From positions 7,106-71,105 of the forward strand of contig JARYLT010000005.1 of assembly GCA_029907515.1 (NCBI GenBank): a DNA stretch of 64,000 nt. Direction: 5' to 3'. The DNA comes from Spirochaetota bacterium. GTDB lineage: Bacteria > Spirochaetota > UBA4802 > UB4802. Below, in pieces: positions 51,983-62,764 of this stretch (position 1 is the stretch's first letter; the number at the start of each line of letters is the position of its first letter). A program made the translations under genes and the position numbers. The notes under the pieces are model-generated. The model worked only from the letters and a program-made list of their open reading frames with translations. It was not told the origin of the DNA and ran no database searches.

Positions 51983-52453
51983 ATGAACATTGAAACAACC
52001 ACATGTATTTCACATGAACATCTAGAACTACTTACATTACATGCCAACAATCATTCAATGTCACTGAGAACGTTTATCTCTTGCCTCATTAGCTTTGCTG
52101 CACATTGTGATACTGTTCAGGTACAATATTTCAAACAGGTAAAATACAGGAATAGAAATAGTGGCAATTGGAAGAGGTTTCACTTAGTACTCTATAACGA
52201 TGAGTATGAATTCTTTATGGATGTCAAAAAGTTATGGAAGATGTCACTTGCTCGGATTATTGAGTATTGTTTAGACAATGTGCTGGATGATTTTTTAAAA
52301 TTTTTAACAAAAGCTGAAGAAGATGAAGATTACTATACCGATAACTATCGGTATGGAGGTTATGCTTTTGAGACAGGCACTAAGGAAAATATATTTTATA
52401 TAACATTGTATTGGGGACCACACCCCGAAATACTCCAAAAAGCTATGACCTGA
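51983..52453 (+). CDS. Hypothetical protein, DUF1564-like (possible ribbon-helix-helix repeats)
   Basis: GGAAGG RBS; 'WKRFHLVL...EYEFF.D.KKL.KMSLARII' resembles the Leptospira DUF1564-type family. Confidence 0.55.
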   Translation: MNIETTTCISHEHLELLTLHANNHSMSLRTFISCLISFAAHCDTVQVQYFKQVKYRNRNSGNWKRFHLVLYNDEYEFFMDVKKLWKMSLARIIEYCLDNVLDDFLKFLTKAEEDEDYYTDNYRYGGYAFETGTKENIFYITLYWGPHPEILQKAMT

Positions 52454-52726
52454 TAACGTAAAAACACTATTCACGTAATACATCATTAAGTTTCTAAAGA
52501 CAAATAGAGATAAACAGTTTTTCTCATGGATAAAATTATATATAGGTAGGGGCATACTATTTCTTTTTTTAATTTTTAAATTGACTAATTTAAAAATAGC
52601 ACTTCATATTTAAATAGTAGTAATATAAATATTTCATTTTGCATGGTACATTGTTGTACTGGATTACTGTTAGTTGTATCGATAGTATAATGATATTAGT
52701 AAAATTAACATTTTTAAGGAGTAATA

Positions 52727-53464
52727 ATGATGGCAAAAAAGTATAAAGCAGTTACTTGTATTGTTTTGGTACATATAGTGTTTATATTAATATCATGTAC
52801 ATCTGTTGAGTTTGTTAAAACTGGTGAAGAATATCCTGCACTCAATGAAACTGATGAAGTTCAGGTTTTGCTTACCATAGATAAAAACCAATATGATGAG
52901 ATAGGCATCGCTGATATTGGCGGAGTATCATTGCCCGTACGTATTGAAAAAGCCAAACAGATTGCCCGCAGCAAAGGCGGTAATGTGATTGTCCCAGTGA
53001 CAATGTGTACTGAAGAAGCCCAGAAGAGAATGCGCAGCGGGTATATTATTCAGAGCTTTTATATACTCAAAACAAAAACGGAAGCTATCGCCCCCAAAGA
53101 GGCAATTGAATCAAAACAGATAACTCCACCAGTTGAAGAAGAATTTATACCCGAAAAGCAAGCTGCAACATTTCAACAACTGTTACAACACTATCCGTCA
53201 TTGCAGGGACAGCCATTTACAAATACTATGGTACCACTGAGATTTTACAAAATTCCTCCATCACTTCTTGTATATGGACTGTCAGACTATAAACTTTGTT
53301 TAATGCAGTTTGACACTGATAATACTGTACTGGTATTTATTCCCAAAGAAAAAATCACTGTTATTAAAAACTCTATTGATACGAGGAGTACTATAGCTAT
53401 TGATTTTACACCTTTAGGTGTTTACAAAGGAAAATATCCCGTTTTAAAAATGCTGTCAGAATAA
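52727..53464 (+). CDS. Hypothetical lipoprotein
   Basis: AAGGAG RBS; lipobox 'ILIS-C'; 'AKQIARSKGGNVI' resembles a YbjQ/DUF4156-like fold. Confidence 0.7.
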   Translation: MMAKKYKAVTCIVLVHIVFILISCTSVEFVKTGEEYPALNETDEVQVLLTIDKNQYDEIGIADIGGVSLPVRIEKAKQIARSKGGNVIVPVTMCTEEAQKRMRSGYIIQSFYILKTKTEAIAPKEAIESKQITPPVEEEFIPEKQAATFQQLLQHYPSLQGQPFTNTMVPLRFYKIPPSLLVYGLSDYKLCLMQFDTDNTVLVFIPKEKITVIKNSIDTRSTIAIDFTPLGVYKGKYPVLKMLSE

Positions 53465-53483
53465 TATAAATAGGCACTGCATC

Positions 53484-56400
53484 ATGGTACAGAAAGTTTT
53501 TACCCAGAGTAGCCTTTGCAGATTTACTCTCAATGATGAGGAAAAATTATCCGATGAAAGGGTAAAAGAAGAAATACGCAAAGCTTTTCAAGAGCTCAGA
53601 GCATTCCCCTTTGTTGTAAATTCAGGTATTATCGATTCATTAAAAAAAGGTGCCGACCCCTCATCGTTAAAAGATTTATTTGTAGCTATCCGAAATGATA
53701 TATTTGCTGCAATTACCGATAGTCCCCAGGCAAAGGAAAAAATAATATCCGACATCAGATTGCAGGAGAGAATTTTAAATGCAATTATCACAATCCACAG
53801 TGCTATAGCAAAGGGCGATTTTACTTCAATAATAAACCGCCGTTTTGTGCTTATCAAGGAACGACCTGCCTGGCCAACACTATATTACATTTCACCTCAA
53901 AGTGCCGTACTATCCCATGTTGGGCAGGGTCCACAGTGGACTGAAATTCCTACAATTTATCTGGGTCTTAATATATTCAATGTGCTTGCCCTTGATAAAG
54001 ACCAAAAATTTGACAAAGCATTTTACTGGTTATTACGGGTTGAAGAGCGTGCGATAGAAACTGGATATTCGCATATTGAAGTGTACCCGCCTCATGTATC
54101 ACGTGCTCTCAATGAATTGCTTGATGAAGTCATACGCATTGCAACTATCTCAGAAGTTGAATTCAAAGAAATCCCTGCCCGTAAAAAAATACGTGCTTTT
54201 ACAATCCGTAACCGTGAAAGCTTTTTAAAGATGCTCAATGCCCGTCGTGATGATGGAAACTTTGATTTTGAAAAAAACTTAAAAGCAATACGATCACTGG
54301 AAAGGCTGGCACGCCGTTACAAAAAAGGCTACAACTTCAATTCGCTGCGTGAAATTGTACGTCTTCTGGTGGCCGCATCAGGCCATGATATCCATGAAAT
54401 ACGAAATAACGCCAACATTTTACTGGAACGCATATTTGCACCAAAGGAGTTTGATGCACCGCTGGCTACTACTTTTGTCAACTGTGCTGCTGGTAATATT
54501 CATACTTTTGAATTTTCCATCCCGGAAGAAGGGAACTACTTTGTACGTATATTTTACAATGCAGGCACAAACCCTTACCCTCTGGAGCAGGACATTGCAT
54601 ATAGCGACATTGATCTGGCCTTTGATGAAACAAAAGGAGTCTATACTGCACACTATACATTCAACGAATTAGGCCACTATGATTTCCTTGTCTACAGAAA
54701 ACGAAAAAAACGCTCTCAGTGGGTAGCATACGAAGGTTGCAGTGGTAGGATTAACGTTATCCCTGATGTGCGCGGTGAAATTGTTCTTGAAATATTTCCC
54801 GATATTCACGGGCATACTCGTATCTACTGGATGGATGAAGAACATCCGGGATTGGTGTACAATGAGCATGGAGAAGTAATTCGTTTAGGCCGTTTTAGCG
54901 ACATCACTGCTCATCTAGAGGATTTAAAAGAGCGCTATCACATCACTGCTCTGTACCTTTTGGGTGTCCAGAAGCGTGGTACCAACCGTGAAGACTGGGC
55001 ACCTGAAGCTACATCACCTTCACCATTTTCACCAGTCAGTTTAGTTGAAATTGAAGACTTTTTAGGCGGTGAAAACGAATTTCGTGAGCTTGTATCCAAA
55101 GCTCATGCAATGGATATAAAAATTATTATTGATGTGGTACCCCACCTTAATCGCCGTAGCACTGAGCTTCCGGATGAGTACGCTGTCAAATGTTACGACG
55201 ACAGTGGCAATCTGGTTATTCGTGCTTCAACTGATGGTCGTTACGGAAGCTGGAATGACGGCAAACTGTTAAACTATCGCAAACTTGAAGTATGGGAATG
55301 GCTGATCAACAGTGTTGTTACATTAATTGACAAATATGATATTGACGGCATTCGCTTTGATTCAGCTCATGCTGTTCCCATCATGATGAAGAAGAATAAC
55401 TATCCGTTTATATGGGGGCAGTATCGTTCACTGGAATCCCTTGTTGAAGGTGAAATTATTGTCAATGACCGCGAAGATGGGCATTTTATCACAACAGGTT
55501 ATTTTGACAGTGCCTGCAGGGATCAGATAGCTATCCCTTTCCATCATCTTCTGATGTGCCGCATTGCACAAAAGCTGAAGGAAAAGAATAAAACATTTTT
55601 TGTGCATTTAGCCGAATGTTACTGGGGTCATGAGCGCTATCTTACCCGCAGCGGAATTATTCCCTATAATTCGGCCCTTTTTAAGATATGTGAAGGGATC
55701 ATCCATGGCACCACTGATGTCCGTGAAGTATACCATTTTTACGACAACTATCTCCCATACGCTTTACCACCGGGTACTGAGCTTTTAGGTATACTGGGTA
55801 ATCATGACGAACGGCGCGCACTCAATACGTTTGGGCACCGGGGACTGCGGGCTGCTATTGGACTTACTATATTTATGAATAACATCATTATGGATTATGA
55901 GGGAAGTGCCGAAGGCGAAAGCTGGAAAGTATTTCTGGATAACATCTATGTAAACTGGAATCAATTTGAGTATGCTGCTCACCGCAGCCTGGAGTCATTT
56001 TACCGACAATGGTATCGTTTCCACCGCATCAATAAAGGCAAGGGATATTTGATATGGGCTAATAACACTCAGGTTGCAGCATCCATTAAATTTACCGAAC
56101 ATACTATATGGATTGGCATTTTTAATTTTGCCGATAGCTCTCAGAATGTGGCATTGCAGTTTGACAACCCGCGATTGCCCATTGCTGATGATACATACTT
56201 TAAAGTAGTTGATCCTGTATATTCACCTATCACAAAGCATTACAGTTACTTTACAGGGAAAGAGCTTAAGGCTTCAAAAATTTATTCGGTTGTTTCATAC
56301 ACTGACAGGATCAAGCTTTTAAAATTAGAACCGGTTAGCGATGTTGCACCACTGTACAGTGAATTCCTGCGCGATTCACTTTTCAGATTATATTCAATCA

Positions 56401-58325
56401 GCAATCCCGAAAACTTTAAATCAAATTTCATGTTCCTTGAAACCATTGCACATTCTTCCACTTTTGAAGCATTTCTTACATTTTTAAAGAATCACATCAT
56501 TGCACAATTTTATCCGCAGTATAAAAATTTCATTGAGATAGGTTTTAAACGAATCCTCTTCTACATGTTTAAGTTTGGATTCAAATCTGGCAATGACATT
56601 GTGCAATTAATTGATGACCTTGCAGAACATGATGATACCAATATATCCGACCTTGGTAAAAGCATTAAGTTTCATAACCGTCCAGGCCCCATTATATTTG
56701 TATCAGCCGAAGCGGAGCCATTTTCCAAAAGTGGAGGTCTTGCTAACGTTGTGTACGAGTTGCCACGTGAACTTGTAAGTCTGGGTGAAGAAGTAATTGT
56801 AATAACCCCTAAATATCGCCATGGCGATGAAAAGGCCATGGAAAAGATGAACAATGCATTAAAAAAATACAATGTACAGTACACTGGTAAAAATGTGCGC
56901 TTCATGATAGAACATGCTACCTATGAAGCTGGTGTACATTATGCACAGGTTGATGGCATTCATTATTATCTACTGGATCATCACGAGTTCTTTGATGGTT
57001 TGTACTGGGGATATACCGGTCAGGAAAAGTTACGGCGCCGCATTGCATTTGCCCGTGCCACAGCGGAGCTTATCACCACCTTTGGCCTGTACCCACTTTT
57101 TGTCATCACCAATGATGCATATACCGGTATTTTCAATGGCATTGTCCGCAGTGACCATGTGTACTACGATAACCCAAACTTCAAAAGAACATCGTTCTTT
57201 CATATAATACACAATGGTGGCTGGCAATATTTTGATTCATATCACCGGTATGAAGATGGCAAAGACCTGTTCTCTTTATTTAATCTTCCGCACTGGCGCT
57301 ATACTGATTTTTCTGACCCCAATGATTACAACAAGATAAATTGTATGGCTACCGGCATACGATTTGCCGATAGAGTCATTACAGTAAGCCCTTCATATGC
57401 AAAGCAGATTGAAAAAGCCTGTGATGGTCTTGAAAAAATTCTGCACAATGTTATAGGTATAAGCAATGCGCTGGGAGTTGATTTTAAAAACCGAATTCTC
57501 ATGCGTTTTCACAATTCAGGTTTTATTGATGAATATTATCCCAGAATGGTTGACGCATTAACATCCAGCACAGCAATGTATACAAAAATAACACAGCGCT
57601 ATCCTGAAATACTTGAAGGCATACGCAATTGTGAAAAGATTACCGATCCTCTGCGCAGGGAGTATGTAACCCACATCCGTAACAAACTCTGTTTGCAATG
57701 TAAATTGGGTTTTGAAATTAATCCAGATATAATGTTGTTTTCCATGATTCACCGTATAGCCGAGCAGAAAGGTTTTCAGCTTCTTCTGGATGCTTCATAT
57801 GGGATATTTACTACACTGGGATTTCAGGGGGTTATTGGCGGTGCAGTAGCATGGGGGGACCAGCGTGGTAGTGAATTAGCTACAGGCTTACTTCATTTGC
57901 AAAACTACTATCCAAAAAATGTGAACGTAAACTTAGGCTTTCAGGATATCAGCATCCCGCTTTTGTGCAGTGATGTGTTTTTAATGCCATCATTACATGA
58001 ACCTGGCGGCATTTCACAGCTTGAAGCACTTGCATGTGGATGTTTGGTTGTTGCACGTGCAACAGGAGGTCTGCGTGACACCGTAATTCCCATACGCATG
58101 AAAGATTCATCTGTTGAAGGTAATGGATTTTTATTTTCTGATTTTACTCCTGTATCGTTCTATGATGCTATGCAACGCTGTGCAGAATTCTTCCGTACCA
58201 GCGATGATACAACAAAAGCACTGGCACGAAAAAATGCCATGCAATCAGTCTATTACTGGGATAAACCGGCAAAAGAATATATTGATGTCCTGTATTCACA
58301 TAAGGAAATTGTAAGGGTAGTATAA
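53484..58325 (+). CDS. 1613-aa fusion: unknown N-terminus + GH13 alpha-amylase-family domain + GT5 glycogen/starch synthase
   Basis: GH13 'DVVPH', 'GIRFDSAH', 'LAECYW', 'GNHDE'; GT5 'AEPFSKSGGLANV', 'RIAEQKG', 'PSLHEPGGISQLEALACG', 'TGGLRDTV'. Confidence 0.88.
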   Translation: MVQKVFTQSSLCRFTLNDEEKLSDERVKEEIRKAFQELRAFPFVVNSGIIDSLKKGADPSSLKDLFVAIRNDIFAAITDSPQAKEKIISDIRLQERILNAIITIHSAIAKGDFTSIINRRFVLIKERPAWPTLYYISPQSAVLSHVGQGPQWTEIPTIYLGLNIFNVLALDKDQKFDKAFYWLLRVEERAIETGYSHIEVYPPHVSRALNELLDEVIRIATISEVEFKEIPARKKIRAFTIRNRESFLKMLNARRDDGNFDFEKNLKAIRSLERLARRYKKGYNFNSLREIVRLLVAASGHDIHEIRNNANILLERIFAPKEFDAPLATTFVNCAAGNIHTFEFSIPEEGNYFVRIFYNAGTNPYPLEQDIAYSDIDLAFDETKGVYTAHYTFNELGHYDFLVYRKRKKRSQWVAYEGCSGRINVIPDVRGEIVLEIFPDIHGHTRIYWMDEEHPGLVYNEHGEVIRLGRFSDITAHLEDLKERYHITALYLLGVQKRGTNREDWAPEATSPSPFSPVSLVEIEDFLGGENEFRELVSKAHAMDIKIIIDVVPHLNRRSTELPDEYAVKCYDDSGNLVIRASTDGRYGSWNDGKLLNYRKLEVWEWLINSVVTLIDKYDIDGIRFDSAHAVPIMMKKNNYPFIWGQYRSLESLVEGEIIVNDREDGHFITTGYFDSACRDQIAIPFHHLLMCRIAQKLKEKNKTFFVHLAECYWGHERYLTRSGIIPYNSALFKICEGIIHGTTDVREVYHFYDNYLPYALPPGTELLGILGNHDERRALNTFGHRGLRAAIGLTIFMNNIIMDYEGSAEGESWKVFLDNIYVNWNQFEYAAHRSLESFYRQWYRFHRINKGKGYLIWANNTQVAASIKFTEHTIWIGIFNFADSSQNVALQFDNPRLPIADDTYFKVVDPVYSPITKHYSYFTGKELKASKIYSVVSYTDRIKLLKLEPVSDVAPLYSEFLRDSLFRLYSISNPENFKSNFMFLETIAHSSTFEAFLTFLKNHIIAQFYPQYKNFIEIGFKRILFYMFKFGFKSGNDIVQLIDDLAEHDDTNISDLGKSIKFHNRPGPIIFVSAEAEPFSKSGGLANVVYELPRELVSLGEEVIVITPKYRHGDEKAMEKMNNALKKYNVQYTGKNVRFMIEHATYEAGVHYAQVDGIHYYLLDHHEFFDGLYWGYTGQEKLRRRIAFARATAELITTFGLYPLFVITNDAYTGIFNGIVRSDHVYYDNPNFKRTSFFHIIHNGGWQYFDSYHRYEDGKDLFSLFNLPHWRYTDFSDPNDYNKINCMATGIRFADRVITVSPSYAKQIEKACDGLEKILHNVIGISNALGVDFKNRILMRFHNSGFIDEYYPRMVDALTSSTAMYTKITQRYPEILEGIRNCEKITDPLRREYVTHIRNKLCLQCKLGFEINPDIMLFSMIHRIAEQKGFQLLLDASYGIFTTLGFQGVIGGAVAWGDQRGSELATGLLHLQNYYPKNVNVNLGFQDISIPLLCSDVFLMPSLHEPGGISQLEALACGCLVVARATGGLRDTVIPIRMKDSSVEGNGFLFSDFTPVSFYDAMQRCAEFFRTSDDTTKALARKNAMQSVYYWDKPAKEYIDVLYSHKEIVRVV

Positions 58326-58439
58326 AATAAAAGAGCCTTCCACAAACACCATCAGTACAAGTGGGAGGCCCTGGAGTGTAAAATGATCTGGTAATTTAAT
58401 CGGAAGGGTAATGGTAAAACTTGAATGTTTTATTGTGTT

Positions 58440-59012
58440 ATGAAAAAAAAATATATTATTGCAGTAATTTCATTATGGATACTATCCTGCGCCTCAAATG
58501 ATAAAGCAGAGTTGGGGAATATTGTTGGCTCTATCAATGGACAGCCGGTTATACCCTATGCTGCTAACAAACTCTACATTTCACCATTTACGAATCAGAC
58601 CGGTATCCCGGGCTATGAAGAAAAGATAAAACAGCGTATAATGGAAAAAATAATAACAGGTGGCAGGTTAGCGATAGCTCCAGTACAGGCTGATAGCGAT
58701 GTAATATTGACAGGCACCATTCAGTCATTTCAGGTGCAGCCAATTGTGATTGACAGTGCAGGAATAATTAAAAAAAAGCGATTATTACTAATTACTGTGA
58801 TAAGTTTAATCAATGCACAGACAGGAAATTACATTTTTCGCAGTATCACCGTACAGGCATTTAAAGAGTTTTCGGACATTGAAGCACCTGTTACACCAAT
58901 TACCATTGCTCAGGATGAGGTGGAACAGGTTTTAGCTTCACGGATTGCTTTACAGGTTGAAACAGGCTGGTACACTTCTCTTAAAACAGGAGTGGAAAAA
59001 GGAAGGAAATGA
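58440..59012 (+). CDS. lptE: LptE-like LPS assembly lipoprotein
   Basis: Lipobox ILS-C, 'YISPFTNQT', 'DVILTGTI'; directly upstream of holA. Confidence 0.7.
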   Translation: MKKKYIIAVISLWILSCASNDKAELGNIVGSINGQPVIPYAANKLYISPFTNQTGIPGYEEKIKQRIMEKIITGGRLAIAPVQADSDVILTGTIQSFQVQPIVIDSAGIIKKKRLLLITVISLINAQTGNYIFRSITVQAFKEFSDIEAPVTPITIAQDEVEQVLASRIALQVETGWYTSLKTGVEKGRK

Positions 59013-59013
59013 T

Positions 59014-60021
59014 ATGGCATCAAAGGCGCTCATGGCTAACGACCTGAAATCTGTCATTCAAAAAGAGCTATCACATTTATACTGTTTTTGTGGAAACGAT
59101 GAAAACCAGAAAGAAGAAGCGGTTACACTCATTGCATCACAACTCTGGAAAAATAGTAAACCTCAAGATTATAAAATTACCACATACTTTGCTGAAGATT
59201 CGCTTGAACAGGCTCTTGCTGCCATAGCATCCGTTTCCCTTTTTGACGATACTGTTTTATATATAATCAAACATTGTGAGCAGGTAAGCGGTTCAAAAAA
59301 AATTCATACTATGGTACTTGACTGCATTAATAATCTGCCCAACTCAGTCTTCGTTATTTTTGATACTCAGGAGAACAAGCTGCCCTCATTGCTTCCTTCA
59401 CAAATCCATCCACACATTCCCCTTATTCAGTTTTACAGACCATTTGAAGAAAACTGCAAATCTTATATACTGAAAAAGTGTAAGGATTTATCATTAACTA
59501 TCTCACATGAAGCAACAGAACGTCTTGTTGAATTAACTGCAAGTAACATTAAAGAGATTGATGATATTCTTACCACCATATCATTTTCTGGACATACTGA
59601 TATCTCAAAAGAATTCCTTGAAGGTTTTGTCATTAATGAAAGAGAAGCAATAGAGTTTGAATTCGTTGATTGCTTCTTTTTAAAAGATAAACGTGCGTGG
59701 GACCTTCTTTTAGAAGCCATTGAACGTAATATAAGTCAAATTTTGTTAGTATCCCTTTTATTTAATCATGCACAAAAATTAGAACATTTTCATATACAAA
59801 CAGCAAAAGGCGTTCAGTTTGAGTCACTTATGAAAGAATTGAAGATATATGGAAAAAGGCAAAAAGTGTTTGCCAAACAGGCATCTATCTATACCCTTGA
59901 TAATGTTAGAAAATTAATCGCAATGTTATATACTTATGATATACAGCTTAAAAGCTATCACTCAGGAGGCTTTCCTCAGGAAAATCCCCTATTAGACCTT
60001 TTATTGCAAATTTCTATGTGA
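59014..60021 (+). CDS. holA: DNA polymerase III subunit delta
   Basis: 'LYCFCG.D', 'SVSLF', C-terminal 'DIQLKS'; lptE-holA synteny. Confidence 0.8.
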   Translation: MASKALMANDLKSVIQKELSHLYCFCGNDENQKEEAVTLIASQLWKNSKPQDYKITTYFAEDSLEQALAAIASVSLFDDTVLYIIKHCEQVSGSKKIHTMVLDCINNLPNSVFVIFDTQENKLPSLLPSQIHPHIPLIQFYRPFEENCKSYILKKCKDLSLTISHEATERLVELTASNIKEIDDILTTISFSGHTDISKEFLEGFVINEREAIEFEFVDCFFLKDKRAWDLLLEAIERNISQILLVSLLFNHAQKLEHFHIQTAKGVQFESLMKELKIYGKRQKVFAKQASIYTLDNVRKLIAMLYTYDIQLKSYHSGGFPQENPLLDLLLQISM

Positions 60022-60034
60022 TGGCACTGTATCT

Positions 60035-62758
60035 ATGGATCTGCTCCAAACAATAATTGAAAATAAGGAAAAATTCATAGCGTTTAACAACGAAAAGTTT
60101 AAGCGCTTTCAACAGCTTATTCCCAATCCCGCAATGCGTCGAATTGTAAACACCATCCCTTTTTTACTCTGCATCAATAATAAAAAGATGCCCGGTTACG
60201 TTGAAGGTGACGTCCCTTTAGGAATAAAAAATTTCAAACTTGATGAAGACACCAAACGCTATTTGCATGGACGTTATCCTGGTATTACCTTCCACGATTT
60301 TGAACGTGGCGATTTTATCAAGATGTTTGCTGTTATGGGTAGTGTTGGCACAGTAGCATATAATAAAAAATCAGACCTTGACTACTGGGCATGTATTCAT
60401 AAAAACACTGTATCAAAAGAAGCATTCGATAATTTTAGAAAGAAAGTAACCCTTGTACAGGAATGGGCTTCAAAAGAATTAGAAGTGCCCGTACATATAT
60501 TTATTAACGATATTGAAAGCGTTAAAAATAATATCTTTGCTGAAGACGAAGAAGAAGCATTTGGCACTACTGTTGGCGCAGTTCTGAAAGATGAATTTTT
60601 CCGAAGTTCAATTATCATTGCAGGCAAAATTCCTTTCTGGTGGGTTGTTCCAAGTTTCATCAAGGATGATGAATATGAAGCATTGTACAATCAACTCCCT
60701 GATGAAATGAAAAGGGATGATTTTATTGATCTGGGAAATCTTTATGAAATATCCAAGGAAGATTTTCTGGGCGCTGCTCTTTTTCAGATAATAAAATCGC
60801 TGGGTAACCCTTTTAAATCCATTTTAAAAATTGGAGTTCTGGAAAAATATCTGTTTGGAAAAAGTGATTCACCACTGTTAAGCCAGAAGGTTAAAATGCA
60901 TGTACTGCTCAGCCGTCTTACCAATTCAATACTGGATGCCTATCTTTTGATGTTTGATGAAGTTTATGATTACTATAGCCAGACAATGAATGACCCTGCC
61001 ATACTTCAAATATTAAAGCAAAACCTTTATTTAAAAATTGACCCGCAGCTATCCAAATATGTGGGGATAAAAGATAAAAAGAATATTCCCTATAAAGTAG
61101 CTGTAATGTTCAAGTATGTCCATGACTGGAACTGGAATATTAAGGTTATTCAGGATATGGATAACTTTGACAACTGGGACTTCCAGCGAGTAATGCATTT
61201 CTGGGATGCAGTAAAAAAATTCATGCTGATCAGTTATCAAAAAATATCATCACAGTTCAGTACCCTTAATCTGAAACAACAAATATCTGAAACTGATTTT
61301 ACATTATTATCACGAAAAATAAAATCACATTTTTCGGTAGAAGAAAATAAGATTGATAAGCTTATAACATTCAAAGACACTCCTGCCGAACCAATTTTAT
61401 ATATTGAACCCGTTAACGAAGGTATACGTGAAGTTAAGTGGCGGCTATTTAAAAGAAACCGCAGCGAAAAAAATGTGTTCACTACCACCACATTGCGTAC
61501 TGAAAGCGATCTGGTTAAGCTATTAGTATGGTTAACGGTAAATAATGTTTATGACCATTCAGTGACCCGAGTTAATATTCAGTCCGGATATGTACGCATT
61601 AACCAGAATCTTGTTGTTGAACTGCTAAACCAGCTATCACAATTTTTTTCCGAAAAAGGGAAAATTAAAACCAAATACTATCTCAAACCAGCTTTTAACA
61701 TGCTGCAATGTATTATTCTCAACTTTAATAATGATGCTGCGGAACATTTAGATTCATTATACCATGTCTATTCAACAAGCTGGGGCGAACAGTACATCAA
61801 ACAATACTTCAATATCATTGATATTGCACACATACTTCAAAATATCCTTAAAGACGGTCTTGAATTAAAACTCCCCTTTGACGATTATTGCCTGATAAAC
61901 AGCCCGGGTACCCACAAACGCTTTTGCAAAAATTTCATACAGCTTTTTAGAGAATCATATAACGCCATAGTTCACAGCCCTACCCCACACAGCCGTTTTA
62001 TTGGCGAGCTTGAAGGCCTGTATTTTACTGCATTACGTAACAATACCATTGAAGTTCAGGCATTTGATCATATTGTAAAGGTATTAACAACACTGACATT
62101 AAAACCAGGTATAGAAGCTCATTATACATTCTATGGTGATTCATACCATCTGCAGGTGCTGCAGGCATTGTATAACAAACGACTTAAAAAAGGGATTACA
62201 ATTGGTTATCTTGAAGACAGTGATAAATTGCATGTTTATGTAATTAATGAAAAAGGTAATATTTTTACTTTCTTTGCACCAAAAAATATAAAAAGCGTCT
62301 TTCTATATCATATCTATGGATTTTGCACAAACGTCCTCAAACGATTGCCAAGCAGTGTAAGGGAAAGCGAGTCCAGCATCATCTGCTATGGTGCTCAGGC
62401 CGACCGTAGAGGTGGTATCAGCCTTATTGATGAAACCGGTAAAATACATGGTGATTATCTACTGAATTTTACAAAATCCAAAGCTCTTCGTGTTCAGATA
62501 GCTCGCCATATGGGGAATGAAATTTTTTACAACTTTATATTTCCCGACAATGTAACTTCCGGATTTATGACAATTAAAGAACTTTACAGCGTAAAACGTA
62601 AAATTATTGAGTTAAAAAATATGGGAATGCCGGTATATCCTTATATTGGTGAACTTGTCTTTAATGATCTGAATCAAAAAGAAATATTATTAGGATCAAG
62701 CATATATTTTGTGGAAAAATATAAAATAGAACTCATGCTGCAGCGAACAAAAGCATAG
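60035..62758 (+). CDS. cyaA: Class I adenylate cyclase
   Basis: 'MGSVGTVAYNKKSDLDYW', 'LKDEFFRSSIIIAGK', 'DLGNL..ISKEDFLGAALFQIIKSLGNPFKSILK' align by eye to enterobacterial CyaA blocks. Confidence 0.85.
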   Translation: MDLLQTIIENKEKFIAFNNEKFKRFQQLIPNPAMRRIVNTIPFLLCINNKKMPGYVEGDVPLGIKNFKLDEDTKRYLHGRYPGITFHDFERGDFIKMFAVMGSVGTVAYNKKSDLDYWACIHKNTVSKEAFDNFRKKVTLVQEWASKELEVPVHIFINDIESVKNNIFAEDEEEAFGTTVGAVLKDEFFRSSIIIAGKIPFWWVVPSFIKDDEYEALYNQLPDEMKRDDFIDLGNLYEISKEDFLGAALFQIIKSLGNPFKSILKIGVLEKYLFGKSDSPLLSQKVKMHVLLSRLTNSILDAYLLMFDEVYDYYSQTMNDPAILQILKQNLYLKIDPQLSKYVGIKDKKNIPYKVAVMFKYVHDWNWNIKVIQDMDNFDNWDFQRVMHFWDAVKKFMLISYQKISSQFSTLNLKQQISETDFTLLSRKIKSHFSVEENKIDKLITFKDTPAEPILYIEPVNEGIREVKWRLFKRNRSEKNVFTTTTLRTESDLVKLLVWLTVNNVYDHSVTRVNIQSGYVRINQNLVVELLNQLSQFFSEKGKIKTKYYLKPAFNMLQCIILNFNNDAAEHLDSLYHVYSTSWGEQYIKQYFNIIDIAHILQNILKDGLELKLPFDDYCLINSPGTHKRFCKNFIQLFRESYNAIVHSPTPHSRFIGELEGLYFTALRNNTIEVQAFDHIVKVLTTLTLKPGIEAHYTFYGDSYHLQVLQALYNKRLKKGITIGYLEDSDKLHVYVINEKGNIFTFFAPKNIKSVFLYHIYGFCTNVLKRLPSSVRESESSIICYGAQADRRGGISLIDETGKIHGDYLLNFTKSKALRVQIARHMGNEIFYNFIFPDNVTSGFMTIKELYSVKRKIIELKNMGMPVYPYIGELVFNDLNQKEILLGSSIYFVEKYKIELMLQRTKA

Positions 62759-62764
62759 AAAAAC

